Origin: the human T2T-CHM13v2.0 reference genome, Homo sapiens
DNA length: 64,000 bases
Direction: 5' to 3' (one strand)
NCBI RefSeq assembly: GCF_009914755.1
Contig: NC_060948.1
Under the pieces are notes generated by a model. It was not told where the DNA came from, did not search any database, and worked only from the letters and a program-made list of their open reading frames with translations. Positions 61,922 through 64,000 of the stretch are shown one piece after another; positions within the stretch are counted from its first letter, which is position 1, and every line of letters starts with the position of its first letter. The position numbers were made by a program, and so were the translations under genes.

Positions 61922-64000
61922 AAGATGGCTGATTAGAAGCAGCTAGTAACTGCCTGTCTGATGCAGAGGAACCAAAATAGCGAGTAAATAATAAGACTCC
62001 AACTTGATTATCTAAGAGAGCATGCTGGGATTTACCAGAGAAGCAATGCGACCCATGAAAAGTAGAGGAGAGCAGAGCCAGGCAGGGAGGCTCCCTAATG
62101 TGGTAAAGGGATAAGCAAGTGAGAGACCCCCAGGATTCCACACCTCCACCACAGACCTTTACAATCCTAGTCAAAGGAAAGCCTTATACATCCCCCTGAG
62201 CCTCCAGATTTAAAAACAATGCTACCTGGGGACTGTGCAGAGGCAACACTATAGCTGACATGAATCCCATGGGTTTTTGACCCATGAGCAGCCATTACAC
62301 CACCAAGGAGGGAGGCAAGGCACTTTCACATATCTCAAGACACATCCTACAGCCATGGTATGCAGGAGCAGGAGAAATGCATGACAACTTCTCACCTCCA
62401 CTGCTCTTACCAAATGTGTCTTGCCTGTTTCAGGCCTCCAGCACAAGTGACTTGTACCTGCCTAAATACTACAGCTATGGCTTTGTGTTTCTCTGAGAGT
62501 CCAACTCCTAAAGACTACAAATACATGCTTCACATTTGCTGCCTCCACCTCCTCTAACACTGTCATCCCCAGTATAGGGAGGGATTGGGGAGACTCAGCA
62601 CTCTTGCATGCCCCCAACAGATTGAAGATTCAAAGGATCAGCAGGTAGACTGCACACTACCTAAATCCCTGCCTTTGCTGCTTTCTACCAAACAGGACTT
62701 GCCTAATTCAGTGACATGCCTCCAGCACAGCTGCCCCAACCCCACCTGAACACTGCAGCTGCAGCTTGGTCTTCCTCTGAGAGCTCAACTCCAAGAGGCC
62801 ACTGATAACACTTTCATAATTATAGCTATTGCTGCATTTGTCCTTGCTGCCCCTGGAGCCAAGGAGAAAGTAGGGAGTCCTGGCACCTTCACTTGCTCCT
62901 AACAGCTAAATCAAACACTGCTTCTGCAGGAGGGAAGTGTGAATGTGCCATGCACCCCACAATTGCCAGTCTCCATTGCTCCACCTAAGGAGACCTCCCC
63001 TGCCGAGTGAAAGGGACACAGCACAGCCCTGCTCTTGCCTGAGAGAATAATTCAGGAAAATTTTCCTAATCGTGCTAGAGAAGTGTTAAATAAATATTCC
63101 AGATACAAGAAATTCAGAGACCACCTGTGACACAAGATGACTATTACCAGACTAGTCAAGGCAAATGCTAAAGAAAAAGTCTCAAAGGCAGCTAGAGAAA
63201 AAAGTTAAATCACCCATGAAGGAAAATTGATCAGATGAACAGTGGACTTCACAATAGAAAGCCTATAAAAGAGAACACATCGAGGGTCTAGAGTTAGATC
63301 CTTAAAGAAAAGTAGCCAACCAAAATTTCCTGCCAAACTGGGCTTCCTAAATGAAAGAGAAATAAAACATTTTCCAGATAAGCAAGTGTTAAGAGAATAT
63401 GTCACCATTAGACTGGTCCTACAGGAAATGCTCAAAGGAGTTGAAAACATGGAAACAAAAGAATAGTAGTTGCCATCAGAAAAGGACATATAAGTACAAA
63501 ACACACAGATTTTATAAGCAATTACACAACTAAAACTCCAAAACAACTAGCTAACAACACTATGAGAGGAACAAAACCTCATATATCAATATTAATTTTG
63601 AATATAAGTGGCTATATGCTCCACTTAAAAGATACTGAGTGGCAAATTGGCTAATAATGCACCTACTTGCTAAAGACACATGTGGACACATCATAAAAAA
63701 GATACATCACACATATGAAAAACAAAAGCAAGCAGAAGTAGCCATTCTCACATGAGATAAAACAGACTAAATAAATAGCAGTAAAAAAAAAGACAAAAAA
63801 AATTGATTGTACAATGATAGATGGTTCAGTACAAGAAGATTTACCCATCCTAAATGTATATGCATTCAATAGCAGAACAACCAGATTTATAAAACAAATA
63901 CTACTAGACCTAGGAAAACAGATGGATAGCAATATAATAACTGTGGGGACTTAAACATCAAACTGATATTACTAGATAGATCAAGAAGGCAGAAAATCAA
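61922..64000 (+). mobile_element. Old L1 (L1PB/L1MA-type) 5'UTR, partial ORF1, ORF2 start; runs off the window
   Basis: aagatggctgattagaagcagc start; ORF1 core 63040-63470 (gaaaattttcctaatc; aaggcagctagagaaaaa); EN start from about 63562 (gtggggacttaaac). Confidence 0.8.

Overview
Human genomic DNA (an AluYa5 with all five diagnostic bases is present). It is essentially gene-free and almost entirely made of nested retroelements. It holds four primate L1PA copies: full-length minus 6173-12291, full-length plus 24511-~30674, a 5'-inverted copy 49060-52146 and a 5'-truncated plus copy 54588-59456. It also holds a 7.2-kb class II (HERV-K, most likely HML-10/HERV-K(C4), LTR14) provirus at 14142-21363 carrying a nested LTR2B-like solo LTR and an AluY, a MER4-group solo LTR, two MaLR LTRs, about 19 Alus and many old L1M/L1PB fragments. 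No intact host gene, RNA gene or CRISPR is supported; nearly all recognisable listed ORFs are repeat-derived. The main unexplained signals are three. (1) The four separately inserted L1PA copies share a patchwork of non-consensus variants, including nonsense codons, which suggests local ectopic gene conversion. (2) The provirus shows heavy, polarised G-to-A (APOBEC3-like) hypermutation. (3) The provirus appears to be an inter-group recombinant with an HML-6-like RNaseH-IN-env module fused to its own env. Subfamily names and consensus comparisons come from memory and need checking against Dfam/RepBase.
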